Part shown: positions 18,657 to 27,522 of the stretch, one piece after another
How positions within the stretch are numbered: the first letter of the stretch is position 1
Layout of the letters: every line of letters begins with the position of its first letter
Source: Clostridium sp. CAG:417
GTDB taxonomy: Bacteria; Bacillota_I; Bacilli_A; RF39; UBA660
Direction of reading: 5' to 3'
NCBI GenBank assembly: GCA_000432835.1
Contig: FR890370.1
Coordinates: 102,092 to 134,091, forward strand
DNA length: 32,000 nucleotides
The notes under the pieces: model-generated
The model's input: only the letters and a program-made list of their open reading frames with translations
Database searches by the model: none
What the model was told of the DNA's origin: nothing
Made by a program: the position numbers and the translations under genes

Positions 18657-18736
18657 TTATGGTTACTACAGTAATCATTTTTCTTTCTCTAGAAATAGGT
18701 AAGTAGACTTTCTTGCTATAATTTGCTAAAATGTAA

Positions 18737-19123
18737 ATGGTGATTATTACGAAAAAAGTAAAAATTATATTTTATATATTTTCAGCATCATTATTAAGTA
18801 TATTACTATTTGCCTTTATAGCATCATTTTCTTTTGAAAGCATGTATTATAATAAAGATGATGATACTTTAATACGTTTAAACAAAGAAGATGGTTCAAG
18901 TATTTTTATCTATAGTGATAAGGATAGAGAAATTAAAGGTACATCAACAATAATTGATGGTAAGATTACTTTATTAGTAAATAATCATAAAGTTTTAACT
19001 GCGACATATTATAGTAACGCAAAAAAACTAGTTATAACTGGAAAAATAAATGACAAAAATTATAAAAACAAAGAATATAAACAAGTTAGTTCCTTTAAGG
19101 AATATTTAAAAGCTATATTTTAG
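18737..19123 (+). CDS. hypothetical membrane-anchored protein
   Basis: N-terminal TM (IIFYIFSASLLSILLFAFIASF) followed by a ~95-aa beta-rich domain. Confidence 0.5.
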   Translation: MVIITKKVKIIFYIFSASLLSILLFAFIASFSFESMYYNKDDDTLIRLNKEDGSSIFIYSDKDREIKGTSTIIDGKITLLVNNHKVLTATYYSNAKKLVITGKINDKNYKNKEYKQVSSFKEYLKAIF

Positions 19124-19135
19124 GAGGTAGAAATT

Positions 19136-20017
19136 ATGATATATATATCAGGCTTTTTATTATTAGAATTATCAAGTGTTTTAATATCACGTGCATTTTT
19201 TGAAAGATTGCCAATGTCATCAGTATTGAATGTTGCAAAAAAGGGTTATAGAATAAAACCTTATAGAGAAGAAGACTTTTCATTCCTATTAAATGAGTAT
19301 GAAGAGCAATTAATAAAAATTAAATCTATGAAAAATTTAGCTATGTTAATACCAGGTTATAATATTGTTAAAGCCTATTCAAAAGTCAAATCAATACAAG
19401 AGGATATAATAGATGAAGCTCAAAGTAAAGACATTCTTTATGAAATAACAGATACTGAAAGAAGAGAATATAATACTTTAACTAATCATGATGATAAATA
19501 TTTATGGACACTATCTTTTAAACAAGAAGAACTAGAAATAAAGGATATTCCTAAAAAAAATATTATGGACAAAGAAATTAATTATCAAACTCTTTTTTAT
19601 CCTAAACTTAAAGATAAGTATTCTGTAGAAGATGTAGAAACTTTGAATGGTTTAACCGGATATGGTTATAAATTAGGAACAATAGAAGGTATTCCTACAG
19701 CTATTATTGGTATATATGATTGTGATATGAAATTTGATATGGTAAGTATCAAAAAAGAAGGTAAAGAATATCACGAATTTAAGCCTGTTTCTAAAAAAGA
19801 AGCAGAAGCAACTAACATGAAATTTGATGTTTATAGTTATATCAATATAGATTCTATGGAATTTAGTGAGGAAATGGAAAAAATTCATTTTTTCAATAAA
19901 ATGCAGGGATTAGAATTAGGTGATGCTATTCTAGAAACAACAGAAAACACTGTTGTTGAAGAAAACCAAGAAGATTCAAAAGAAAAAAACAAAGTTTTAA
20001 CATTATCATTCAAATAA
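19136..20017 (+). CDS. hypothetical protein
   Basis: 293-aa ORF starting 12 nt after the previous stop, with RBS aggagg. Hydrophobic N-terminus. No motif recognised. Confidence 0.5.
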   Translation: MIYISGFLLLELSSVLISRAFFERLPMSSVLNVAKKGYRIKPYREEDFSFLLNEYEEQLIKIKSMKNLAMLIPGYNIVKAYSKVKSIQEDIIDEAQSKDILYEITDTERREYNTLTNHDDKYLWTLSFKQEELEIKDIPKKNIMDKEINYQTLFYPKLKDKYSVEDVETLNGLTGYGYKLGTIEGIPTAIIGIYDCDMKFDMVSIKKEGKEYHEFKPVSKKEAEATNMKFDVYSYINIDSMEFSEEMEKIHFFNKMQGLELGDAILETTENTVVEENQEDSKEKNKVLTLSFK

Positions 20018-20036
20018 AAAATAAATCTAGTATGAT

Positions 20037-21077
20037 TTATTTTTTTGTGAACTTTTTACATTTAATTAACTTATCGATCCTAAGTGTTGTTTCAAAAGAT
20101 TTTAAATATTGTCTTAAAAAATATATTTTATCAAGATTATTATCAAAAATCATATCACATAACTCTAATGCCTGTTCTAAGTATATTTGATTATATGAGT
20201 ATATCTGATAATTTTTCTTATTATGTTTATATCTAGTATCTATAATATCATCATTAAATTTAGTACTTTTGGCGTATAACAATAATTTAGAAAAAAGATT
20301 AACATTGTTTTGCCAAATTACAGGATCAAGCGTTCCATTTGGGCAACGAAACTCTATTGTGTTACCTTCTTTTTTTACAGCACTTATAAGATGAACGTGT
20401 CCAAAATTAACTGCATTATTTTTCATGTCGCCGATTTGAAATAAGACTTCTGAAAGTGGAATGCTTGGCTTTTTAAAATACTTATAATCATTTTTTAATT
20501 CCTCTACCATACTTGCAGCATATTGAAATATTTTTGGTCTAGGATTTAAAAACTCACCATATGAAAATCTATAAATAATATTTTCATAAGTCGCCCACAA
20601 CTTAAAAAAGTTAAACCAATTCTTTTTATCACTTCCAAGAATTTGAGAACCAATATGAACATGGCCTCCAGCATTTTTAAAAGAAATATTCGTATTTATA
20701 CTATTAGCTTTCTTTAAAACCGCATTGCAAATTTTTTTTAACATTTGCCAATTAGCCTTATTATCAACTAGTATAGGTGAGTTTATTTCAGCACCTCTTT
20801 CTAGTGATGAGTCACAACAAACTGGCCATGATTCTGAAAAATACCTTTCTAATAATAGGCGAGTAGTAACAGTATTAATTCCTTCAAACTCTATTTCAAG
20901 TCCAAAAGTATTATCACTATCTAAATTAATACTATTTCTAAGTTCCAGTTTATATTTGTTTTCTAAAGTAAATAATTCCTGTAAATCATATCCTTTCAAA
21001 TTAGAAAGAATGCAATTATCTTTAGGTGGCAAATATTTAAATATTGTAAAGTCATTTACTAGTTCATCTTCATTCAT
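20037..21077 (-). CDS. amidoligase-like enzyme (glutamine synthetase / carboxylate-amine ligase fold)
   Basis: Ordered motif set GLEIEFEG, GAEINSPIL, GGHVHIG and NTIEFRCPNGTLD. This is the E-x-E / E..SP / H-x-H / E-x-R pattern of GS-fold amidoligases (Amidoligase_2/GCS2-like). Confidence 0.6.
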   Translation of the reverse strand: MNEDELVNDFTIFKYLPPKDNCILSNLKGYDLQELFTLENKYKLELRNSINLDSDNTFGLEIEFEGINTVTTRLLLERYFSESWPVCCDSSLERGAEINSPILVDNKANWQMLKKICNAVLKKANSINTNISFKNAGGHVHIGSQILGSDKKNWFNFFKLWATYENIIYRFSYGEFLNPRPKIFQYAASMVEELKNDYKYFKKPSIPLSEVLFQIGDMKNNAVNFGHVHLISAVKKEGNTIEFRCPNGTLDPVIWQNNVNLFSKLLLYAKSTKFNDDIIDTRYKHNKKNYQIYSYNQIYLEQALELCDMIFDNNLDKIYFLRQYLKSFETTLRIDKLIKCKKFTKK

Positions 21078-21079
21078 CG

Positions 21080-21922
21080 TTATTTCCTCAATCTATTATA
21101 GTTATCCATTTCTGTTTTCAAGCTTTTTTTCAATTGCTTAATATAATTAGCATCAGGATTTAAGTTACGCCTACATTCTTTTAGTTCTCTTACAGCTCTA
21201 TTACGATTAGCGATGGGGAGGTCAAGCTCTGTAGAGGCTTTATATAAACACAATTGAATTATACCGGTAACAAGAAGAAATAAGGCCGTCTCGAAAAGAT
21301 TATCAAAGAAACTTTCTTGAACAACAACATATTTATCTGAAGAAGTGGAGTAGGTAATAACTTTAATTATTTCTTTTTGCTTTAGTTCTTCCTCAGCAAC
21401 ATTATTCCTAGTTTCTATCTTATTTGAAGTAGGTTCTCCTAATATTTTTTCAACGTCTTCTAAATCTCTCTTTAAAAAATCTTCAACATTTTCATAAGTA
21501 AGAGGATCAACTTGATAGGTTTTTACACTTCTTTCAAAATAGTTATTATCACATTTTTTCCATTCTCCATAACAAAGCACAAGATTATAATTACTCATAT
21601 GCTCATCATTTACATGACCAAGATATTCTTCTTCATAACTAATATTTCCTAAAGAGTCCATTTCCTTTGTTGTATGTAATTCTAATTTTCTATTGCCTGT
21701 ATAAAAAGGAGACATACCAGCTAATGATGCTGCCCCAAAACCTACGCCAGCAACTAGAAGATAGGGTGCAATAAAACTAGTAAAAGCTTTTATGCCTTTT
21801 TTTCTATAATATTTTTCTTTATTTAGCTCTTTTTGAATATTGTTAATCTGATTCTCTAAATCTAAAAGTAATCTTCTTTTATTTTTTAACTCACTCTTAG
21901 CTATCTTTCTATCTTTTTTCAT
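21080..21922 (-). CDS. two-TM membrane protein with cytoplasmic coiled-coil ends and a ~150-aa external domain
   Basis: Basic coiled-coil N-terminus, TM1 (FIAPYLLVAGVGFGAASLAG), a Cys-containing middle domain, TM2 (ALFLLVTGIIQLCLY) and a basic C-tail. Its stop lies 2 nt before the amidoligase ATG. Confidence 0.55.
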   Translation of the reverse strand: MKKDRKIAKSELKNKRRLLLDLENQINNIQKELNKEKYYRKKGIKAFTSFIAPYLLVAGVGFGAASLAGMSPFYTGNRKLELHTTKEMDSLGNISYEEEYLGHVNDEHMSNYNLVLCYGEWKKCDNNYFERSVKTYQVDPLTYENVEDFLKRDLEDVEKILGEPTSNKIETRNNVAEEELKQKEIIKVITYSTSSDKYVVVQESFFDNLFETALFLLVTGIIQLCLYKASTELDLPIANRNRAVRELKECRRNLNPDANYIKQLKKSLKTEMDNYNRLRK

Positions 21923-22053
21923 AATATTCTTCCATTTCTACACTCAAGTTTTGCCTACTATACTAACATAACAGCCCTCTAAAATCAATAAAAGCACCAC
22001 AATTAGTTTATAAAATGCTTTTTCATTCTATATAAAATTATATTAAGATAATA

Positions 22054-22082
22054 ATAAAAAAAGAACTTCTTAAGAAGTTTCT
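22054..22082 (-). terminator. intrinsic terminator of the tRNA pair
   Basis: On the - strand, agaaacttc-ttaa-gaagttct hairpin followed by a U7 run. Confidence 0.7.
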
Positions 22083-22094
22083 TTGATTTACTAG

Positions 22095-22178
22095 TGGTGC
22101 GGGTAACAGGAGTTGAACCTGCACGTCTGGGACACTAGATCCTAAGTCTAGCGCGTCTGCCAATTCCGCCATACCCGC
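22095..22178 (-). tRNA. tRNA-Leu (anticodon TAG), type II with long variable arm, CCA encoded
   Basis: The reverse complement reads GCGGGTA...CTAGA-CTTAGGA-TCTAG...GGTTCAACTCCTGT-TACCCGC-ACCA. Acceptor and anticodon stems pair perfectly. Confidence 0.93.
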
Positions 22179-22181
22179 AAG

Positions 22182-22258
22182 TGGTGGACCCTATAGGACT
22201 TGAACCTATGACCGCCCGGTTATGAGCCGGATGCTCTAACCAACTGAGCTAAGGGTCC
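22182..22258 (-). tRNA. tRNA with CAT anticodon, most likely tRNA-Ile2 (lysidine-modified) rather than elongator Met
   Basis: The reverse complement reads GGACCCTTAGCTCAGTTGGTTAGAGC...CCGG-CTCATAA-CCGG...GGTTCAAGTCC...AGGGTCC-ACCA. The acceptor and D-arm resemble known tRNA-Ile(CAU) sequences from memory. Confidence 0.9.
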
Positions 22259-22444
22259 ATGACTTTTTAATAATAACATATAAATTTCTATCTGACAAGT
22301 AGAAAATTAAAAATATTTCACTATTTTTTGAAAATAATAACATTTTATAAATTTCAATAAACGTATTGAAAAAAAACAGCATCCATATTATAATAAATAC
22401 ATAAATTAAAAGCAATGAAGAAGAAATAGTAATAAATAAACTCA

Positions 22445-22626
22445 TTTTTTAGAGAGATTATGTTTGGTGAAAATAATCAATGAGTATTTATGAATTCACC
22501 TTCCAAGTCTTGTAGTAAAATTACAAGCGTTAATCGCGTTAAGATATCAAGTGTATAGATAACTATAAATTAAGGTGGTACCGCGAACTATTCGTCCTTA
22601 AATTATAGTTATTTTTTATTTTTTAA
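22445..22626 (+). promoter_or_regulatory. T-box riboswitch leader, Phe-specific, controlling pheST
   Basis: AGAGA box (22451), GGTGAAA (GA/K-turn element), and specifier TTC followed by A at 22495-22498. T-box sequence AAGGTGGTACCGCG at 22572-22585. Terminator arms at 22561-22575 / 22596-22610 plus a T-run. Confidence 0.9.
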
Positions 22627-22660
22627 TACATTGTTTTTAATATATAAAGGAGTGACATAA

Positions 22661-23701
22661 ATGAAGATAGAAGAAGTTAAACAATTACTCGAAAAAGATA
22701 AAGAGACTGTAACCGATTTGAATAGTTTAAATGAACTAAAAGTAAAATATCTTGGTAAAAAGGGTATGCTTACAGAACTTAATCAAGAAATAAAAAACAT
22801 TCCAAATGAAGGAAAAAAAGAATTTGGACAAAAAGTAAATGAAGTACGAAATAATTTTACTAATTTTTATGAAGAGAAAAAAAGTGAATTTGAAACAGCT
22901 ATTTTAAACGAAAAATTAAAGAGTGAAGCAATAGACATTAGTTTACCTAGTTATAATATTGTAACTGGTGCTCCAAATATCTTAGAAAAACTTGTAGAGG
23001 ATGTAGAAGAGGTATTCATGTCTATGGGATATGATGTTGTCGATGGCCCAGAAATAGAAGAGGATAAATATAACTTTGAAATGTTAAATATTCCAAAGGG
23101 ACACCCAGCACGTGATGCTCAAGATACCTTCTATCTCGAAGGAGAAGAAATTTTACTTCGTAGTCAAACTTCACCAGTTCAGGTTAGAACAATGTTAAAG
23201 GGAGAAGGTAAAACGCCAATTAGAATGATTTGTCCAGGTAAGACTTATCGAAGAGACGATGATGATGCTACTCATTCTCACCAATTTATGCAAATTGAAG
23301 GGTTACTTGTTGATAAAGATATTAGTTTAAGTGATTTAAAAGGTACACTAGACATTATTTGTAAAAATTTATTCGGAAATGATGTAGAAACAAGGTTCCA
23401 TCCTAGTTATTATCAATTTACAGAGCCATCTGTAGAAGTTGATATTAGCTGTTTTAATTGCAAAGGACATGGTTGTAATATCTGTAAAAACACTGGTTGG
23501 ATAACAGTAGCTGGAGCAGGACTAGTCCATCCTAATGTTCTTAGAATGGCAGGATATGATCCTAAAGTATGGAGTGGTTTTGCCTTCGGTTTTGGGGCAG
23601 AACGTCTTGCCATGCTAAAATATAATATTAACGACTGTAGAGTATTTTATAACACTGACTTAAGAGAAACAAAAACTTTTGATAGAAAGGAGAGCGAATA
23701 A
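22661..23701 (+). CDS. pheS: phenylalanine--tRNA ligase alpha subunit
   Basis: Class II aaRS motifs (...GHPARDAQDTFY..., ...RTQTSPVQVR-like LRSQTSPVQVRTM, ...FGFGAERLAML). Located downstream of a Phe T-box. Confidence 0.96.
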   Translation: MKIEEVKQLLEKDKETVTDLNSLNELKVKYLGKKGMLTELNQEIKNIPNEGKKEFGQKVNEVRNNFTNFYEEKKSEFETAILNEKLKSEAIDISLPSYNIVTGAPNILEKLVEDVEEVFMSMGYDVVDGPEIEEDKYNFEMLNIPKGHPARDAQDTFYLEGEEILLRSQTSPVQVRTMLKGEGKTPIRMICPGKTYRRDDDDATHSHQFMQIEGLLVDKDISLSDLKGTLDIICKNLFGNDVETRFHPSYYQFTEPSVEVDISCFNCKGHGCNICKNTGWITVAGAGLVHPNVLRMAGYDPKVWSGFAFGFGAERLAMLKYNINDCRVFYNTDLRETKTFDRKESE

Positions 23702-23702
23702 C

Positions 23703-26072
23703 ATGATTAGTTTAGAATGGGTTAAAGACTATATTGATATTAGTGACCAAGACTTGGAAGAATTAGCTGTAAAAATTACTCAATCAGGTATTAATGTTGA
23801 AAAAGTTATAACCAATCATATCAATAACCTAGTAATAGGTGAGGTATTAGAGTGTGTTGCGCATCCTGATAGCGATCATCTTCATGTCTGTAAAGTAAAC
23901 GTTGGTAATACCACTGAACAAATAGTTTGTGGTGCGCCTAACGTTCGTGAAGGCTTAAAAGTAATAGTAGCACTACCAGGAGCATTTCTTCCAGGAGATT
24001 TTGAAATTAAGAAAAGTAAAATTCGTGGTGTAGAATCTAACGGAATGCTTTGTGCTTTATATGAACTAGGTTTAGAAGAAAAAAATGACGAAACATATGC
24101 GAAAGGTATTGAGGAACTAGGAGCTGATGCCCCAGTTGGAGAAGACCCACTTAAATATTTAGGACTAGATGATACCTTATATGAACTAGATATTCATAAA
24201 CACAGAAACAATGATTGTTACTACCACATTGGTTTTGCTTATGAAATAGGTGCTATCCTAAATAGACCAGTTACTCTACCAGACCTTAGTTTCAAAGAAG
24301 ACCAAAATAATGTAGAAAACTATTTTACTCTAGATGTAGAAACAGAAAAATGTCCATTTTATTTAGCTAAGATGGTTAAGAATGTGAAGATAGGAGAGAG
24401 TCCAGAATTCATCAAAAAACGTCTCCTTGCAGCTGGTATGAGACCTATTAATAATGTTGTTGATATTTCAAACTACGTAATGCTTGAATTTGGTCAGCCA
24501 CTACATTTTTTCGATAAGAATAGATTAGGAAATCATATTCTAGTAAGAGATGCTAAAGATAAGGAAGAAGTAATTACTCTTGATGGAAAAAGAAGAATTT
24601 TAAGTAGTAATGATATCGTAATTACAGATGGTAATAGACCAGTTTGTATAGCCGGCGTCATGGGTGGTGAAAACACAGAAGTAGAACAAGACACAACTGA
24701 TATTTTAATTGAAGCTGCTATATTTGATCCTGTTTCTATCCGTTATACAGCAGCAAACCTAGATCTTAGAAGTGAAGCATCAATCAGATATGGTAAAGGA
24801 CTTAGTTATGAATATACAGAAATGGCTCTAAAAAGAGCTTGCCATCTTTTAGAAAAGTATGCTGGTGCAACAATTCTTTCCGGATGTATAAGACATGATG
24901 TTATCGATAAAACACCTAAAGTAGTTGAATTTGTTCCAGAAGATGTTAATAAACTTTTAGGTATTACCATTACTGTTGATGACATGAAAGTAGAACTTAA
25001 AAGATTAGGATTTGACTATAAATTAGTAGACAATAAATTTATTGTGACTATTCCAAATAGAAGACTAGATATAGATTCTAACGTTAATGATATTGCCGAA
25101 GAAATAGTAAGATTATATGGTTATCAAAATCTAGTATCTACTATTCCTAAAGTCCCAATTAAGCGTGGAGAATATGTTGGAGATGTAAAATATAGAAAAT
25201 TAGTTTCTAAAAGACTTAGAACTTTAGGCCTAAATGAATCCAAAACATATACTTTAGTATCACCAGAAATGACCAAAATATTTAGATATAGAGACGTAGA
25301 AAACAAGACTCTTCCAAATCCAATGAGTGTTGATAAAAGTGTTGTTAGAACCACATTAATTCCATCTCTATTAAATGTATATGAATATAATAAAAAACGT
25401 AAAGTAAAAGACATTAGCTTATATGAAATAGCTAAAACATATGATAAAGATTATAATGAGGCAAGTCTAATTGCGGGACTATGTTCTGGTAATTATCTAA
25501 GTAATGGTTGGACAAAACCAGTTAAATATGATTTCTATATTGTAAAGGGTATAGTAGAAAATGTTTTAGAGTACATGGGCTTTAAAAATAGATATAGTTT
25601 TGAGGTTAGTACTTGTACTTCTCTTCATCCAGGAATAAGTGCCGATATCTTCCTTGATAGAAAAAAGATTGGTATCATTGGTAGAGTTCATCCAAATATT
25701 TGTAAAGACGAAGTCTATGTATTTGAAATGTCTTTGAATGCATTAATGAGTAAAATTAAACCATTAAAATATAAACCATCACCTAAGTATCCAGGAATTT
25801 CTAAGGATATGGCATTTATCTTAGATAAAAACACAACTGCCGGAGAAGTTATGGCTATTATAAAAAGAGCTGGTGGAAGATTGCTTGACAGTGTAAGTGT
25901 ATTTGATGTTTATACAGGTGAAAATATTGCATCAGACAAGAAATCAATAGCCTTTACACTTAATTTTATTAACCCTGAAAGGACTCTTACCGATGAAGAG
26001 GTAATGGAAGTATTTAATAAAATTATCTTAGAGGTGACAACTAAATTAAATTGTGAATTAAGAGATAAGTAA
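23703..26072 (+). CDS. pheT: phenylalanine--tRNA ligase beta subunit
   Basis: MISLEWVKDYIDI start, tRNA-binding (OB) domain, B3/4, B5 and FDX-ACB domains by pattern. ATG 23703 lies just after the pheS stop; the ORF-track start 23679 is an upstream in-frame extension. Confidence 0.95.
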   Translation: MISLEWVKDYIDISDQDLEELAVKITQSGINVEKVITNHINNLVIGEVLECVAHPDSDHLHVCKVNVGNTTEQIVCGAPNVREGLKVIVALPGAFLPGDFEIKKSKIRGVESNGMLCALYELGLEEKNDETYAKGIEELGADAPVGEDPLKYLGLDDTLYELDIHKHRNNDCYYHIGFAYEIGAILNRPVTLPDLSFKEDQNNVENYFTLDVETEKCPFYLAKMVKNVKIGESPEFIKKRLLAAGMRPINNVVDISNYVMLEFGQPLHFFDKNRLGNHILVRDAKDKEEVITLDGKRRILSSNDIVITDGNRPVCIAGVMGGENTEVEQDTTDILIEAAIFDPVSIRYTAANLDLRSEASIRYGKGLSYEYTEMALKRACHLLEKYAGATILSGCIRHDVIDKTPKVVEFVPEDVNKLLGITITVDDMKVELKRLGFDYKLVDNKFIVTIPNRRLDIDSNVNDIAEEIVRLYGYQNLVSTIPKVPIKRGEYVGDVKYRKLVSKRLRTLGLNESKTYTLVSPEMTKIFRYRDVENKTLPNPMSVDKSVVRTTLIPSLLNVYEYNKKRKVKDISLYEIAKTYDKDYNEASLIAGLCSGNYLSNGWTKPVKYDFYIVKGIVENVLEYMGFKNRYSFEVSTCTSLHPGISADIFLDRKKIGIIGRVHPNICKDEVYVFEMSLNALMSKIKPLKYKPSPKYPGISKDMAFILDKNTTAGEVMAIIKRAGGRLLDSVSVFDVYTGENIASDKKSIAFTLNFINPERTLTDEEVMEVFNKIILEVTTKLNCELRDK

Positions 26073-26128
26073 TTTATCTTTTTTTTCTTGTTCTTATCTG
26101 CTATAATACATTTAGAATCGAGGTATAT

Positions 26129-27028
26129 ATGAAAGTAATTTGTATTGGACACATTGCTTATGACCTTACTTTTCCTGTTTCAAGAATTCCAGAAGAAAAT
26201 ACCAAAATTAGAACTACACATCACGTAGAATGTGGAGGAGGCCCAATGCGTAATGCGGCTCTTCCTCTAGCTTTCTGGCATTCAAACGTTGAATTATGTG
26301 GGATGATAGGCAACGATTATCAAGGTGAACAAATAATTAATGAACTTAAAAATCTAGGAATTGGTACTAAATATATTGTAAAAAGAAATGGCATTCCAAC
26401 TGATCAAGCAGTTATTCTTGCTGCTACAAATGGTACAAGGACAATTGTTACTTCCGTAAAGCCTAAAGAACATCCACTGATAAAAATTTCTGAAAATTTT
26501 GATGGTATTCTAATTGATGGAGAAGAGTATCAAACATCCCAACAAGTCTTAAAAAACAATAAGACTGCCTTATCTATAATTGATGCCGGAAAGTATAACA
26601 GTGAAGTTATATCATTAGCTCATAAAGTAAAGGTTGTAGCTTGCAGTAAAGAGTTTGCTGAAAAATTCTCTCAAGAAAAGATTGACCCATCAAACATGGA
26701 ACAATTAAAAAACATTCATCTAAAATTAGAGAATGAATTTAAAAATATAGTAATTATTACCCTAGAGGAGTATGGTTCATTCACAAAAATAGGTAACGAA
26801 TATAAATTAATTCCCAGTATGAAAGTAAATACTGTTGATTCATCAGGGGCTGGCGATATTTTTCATGGAGCCTTGCTATATTTTATGTTAATGAACTATT
26901 CTCTAGAAGATTCTATCAAACTTTCAAATATCTGTGGTGCTTTAGCAACTACAAGGCTTGGCAACAAAGATTTTAATTTTTCTCTAACTAAAATACTTAA
27001 ATATGGAGGCGTCAATGATATTATCTAG
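26129..27028 (+). CDS. PfkB-family carbohydrate/nucleoside kinase (ribokinase-like)
   Basis: N-terminal GG motif region (ECGGGPMRNAA) and C-terminal DSSGAGDIFHGAL (DTxGAGD) ATP/anion-hole motif. Confidence 0.8.
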   Translation: MKVICIGHIAYDLTFPVSRIPEENTKIRTTHHVECGGGPMRNAALPLAFWHSNVELCGMIGNDYQGEQIINELKNLGIGTKYIVKRNGIPTDQAVILAATNGTRTIVTSVKPKEHPLIKISENFDGILIDGEEYQTSQQVLKNNKTALSIIDAGKYNSEVISLAHKVKVVACSKEFAEKFSQEKIDPSNMEQLKNIHLKLENEFKNIVIITLEEYGSFTKIGNEYKLIPSMKVNTVDSSGAGDIFHGALLYFMLMNYSLEDSIKLSNICGALATTRLGNKDFNFSLTKILKYGGVNDII

Positions 27029-27266
27029 TTATCCTACAATAGATTTACATGGTTGTGATAGAGATTATGCTGTTTATTTAGTAAAAGATTTTATAAATGA
27101 CAACTATAAATTACAAAAACATACTATCGTTATAATTCATGGCATAGGAAATGGTATCTTAAAAAATGCTGTTCATAAACACTTAAAAAATAACCATTTA
27201 GTAAAAGAGTTTCATGTCGACGTAATAAATACAGGGTGTACGGTAGTTGATTTAGATCTCAATTAA
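27015..27266 (+). CDS. stand-alone Smr (small MutS-related) domain protein
   Basis: TIDLHG...VIIHGIGNGILK Smr signature. ATG 27015 lies 5 nt after ggagg; the ORF-track alternative is 27003. Confidence 0.8.
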   Translation: MILSSYPTIDLHGCDRDYAVYLVKDFINDNYKLQKHTIVIIHGIGNGILKNAVHKHLKNNHLVKEFHVDVINTGCTVVDLDLN

Positions 27267-27296
27267 AAGTTAAACTATGAAAGTTTAACTTTTTTA
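27267..27296 (+). terminator. intrinsic terminator ending the pfkB-smr unit
   Basis: aagttaaac-tatgaaa-gtttaactt perfect 9-bp stem followed by a T-run. Confidence 0.8.
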
Positions 27297-27300
27297 TATA

Positions 27301-27371
27301 AAATAGTAATAACAGCGCATCTTGTGCTTATTAATAAAATGTGTTATTATATCAAAACAAATACAAAGGGG
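27301..27371 (+). repeat. promoter-bearing repeat, copy 1 (partner at 31787-31863)
   Basis: The core 27317-27371 aligns with 31810-31863 at roughly 46 of 55 positions by eye. It contains TTGTGC, 17 nt spacer, TATTAT with TGt extended -10 (27322-27350). Confidence 0.7.
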
Positions 27372-27522
27372 ATAATAAAGGATATACCCAAAGTATATAA
27401 ATAAGTTAAAAAGCCTTATAATACAAGGAATTGATGAATGTTTGAATTTTATTAAAATTTGATAAACACCAAGAAAAAATCAAATTATTATACGGTAAAA
27501 TATAATTACGGAGATGATTAAA

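Noticed and set aside
20725-21141. 138-aa + strand ORF antisense to the amidoligase-like gene
   Set aside because: The S/L/F-rich translation is typical of the antisense frame of an AT-rich gene. The - strand ORF has the conserved catalytic motifs.
22236-22445. 69-aa ORF on the - strand
   Set aside because: Its 3' part overlaps the tRNA(CAT) gene and the rest lies in AT-rich promoter DNA of the tRNA pair. There is no RBS.
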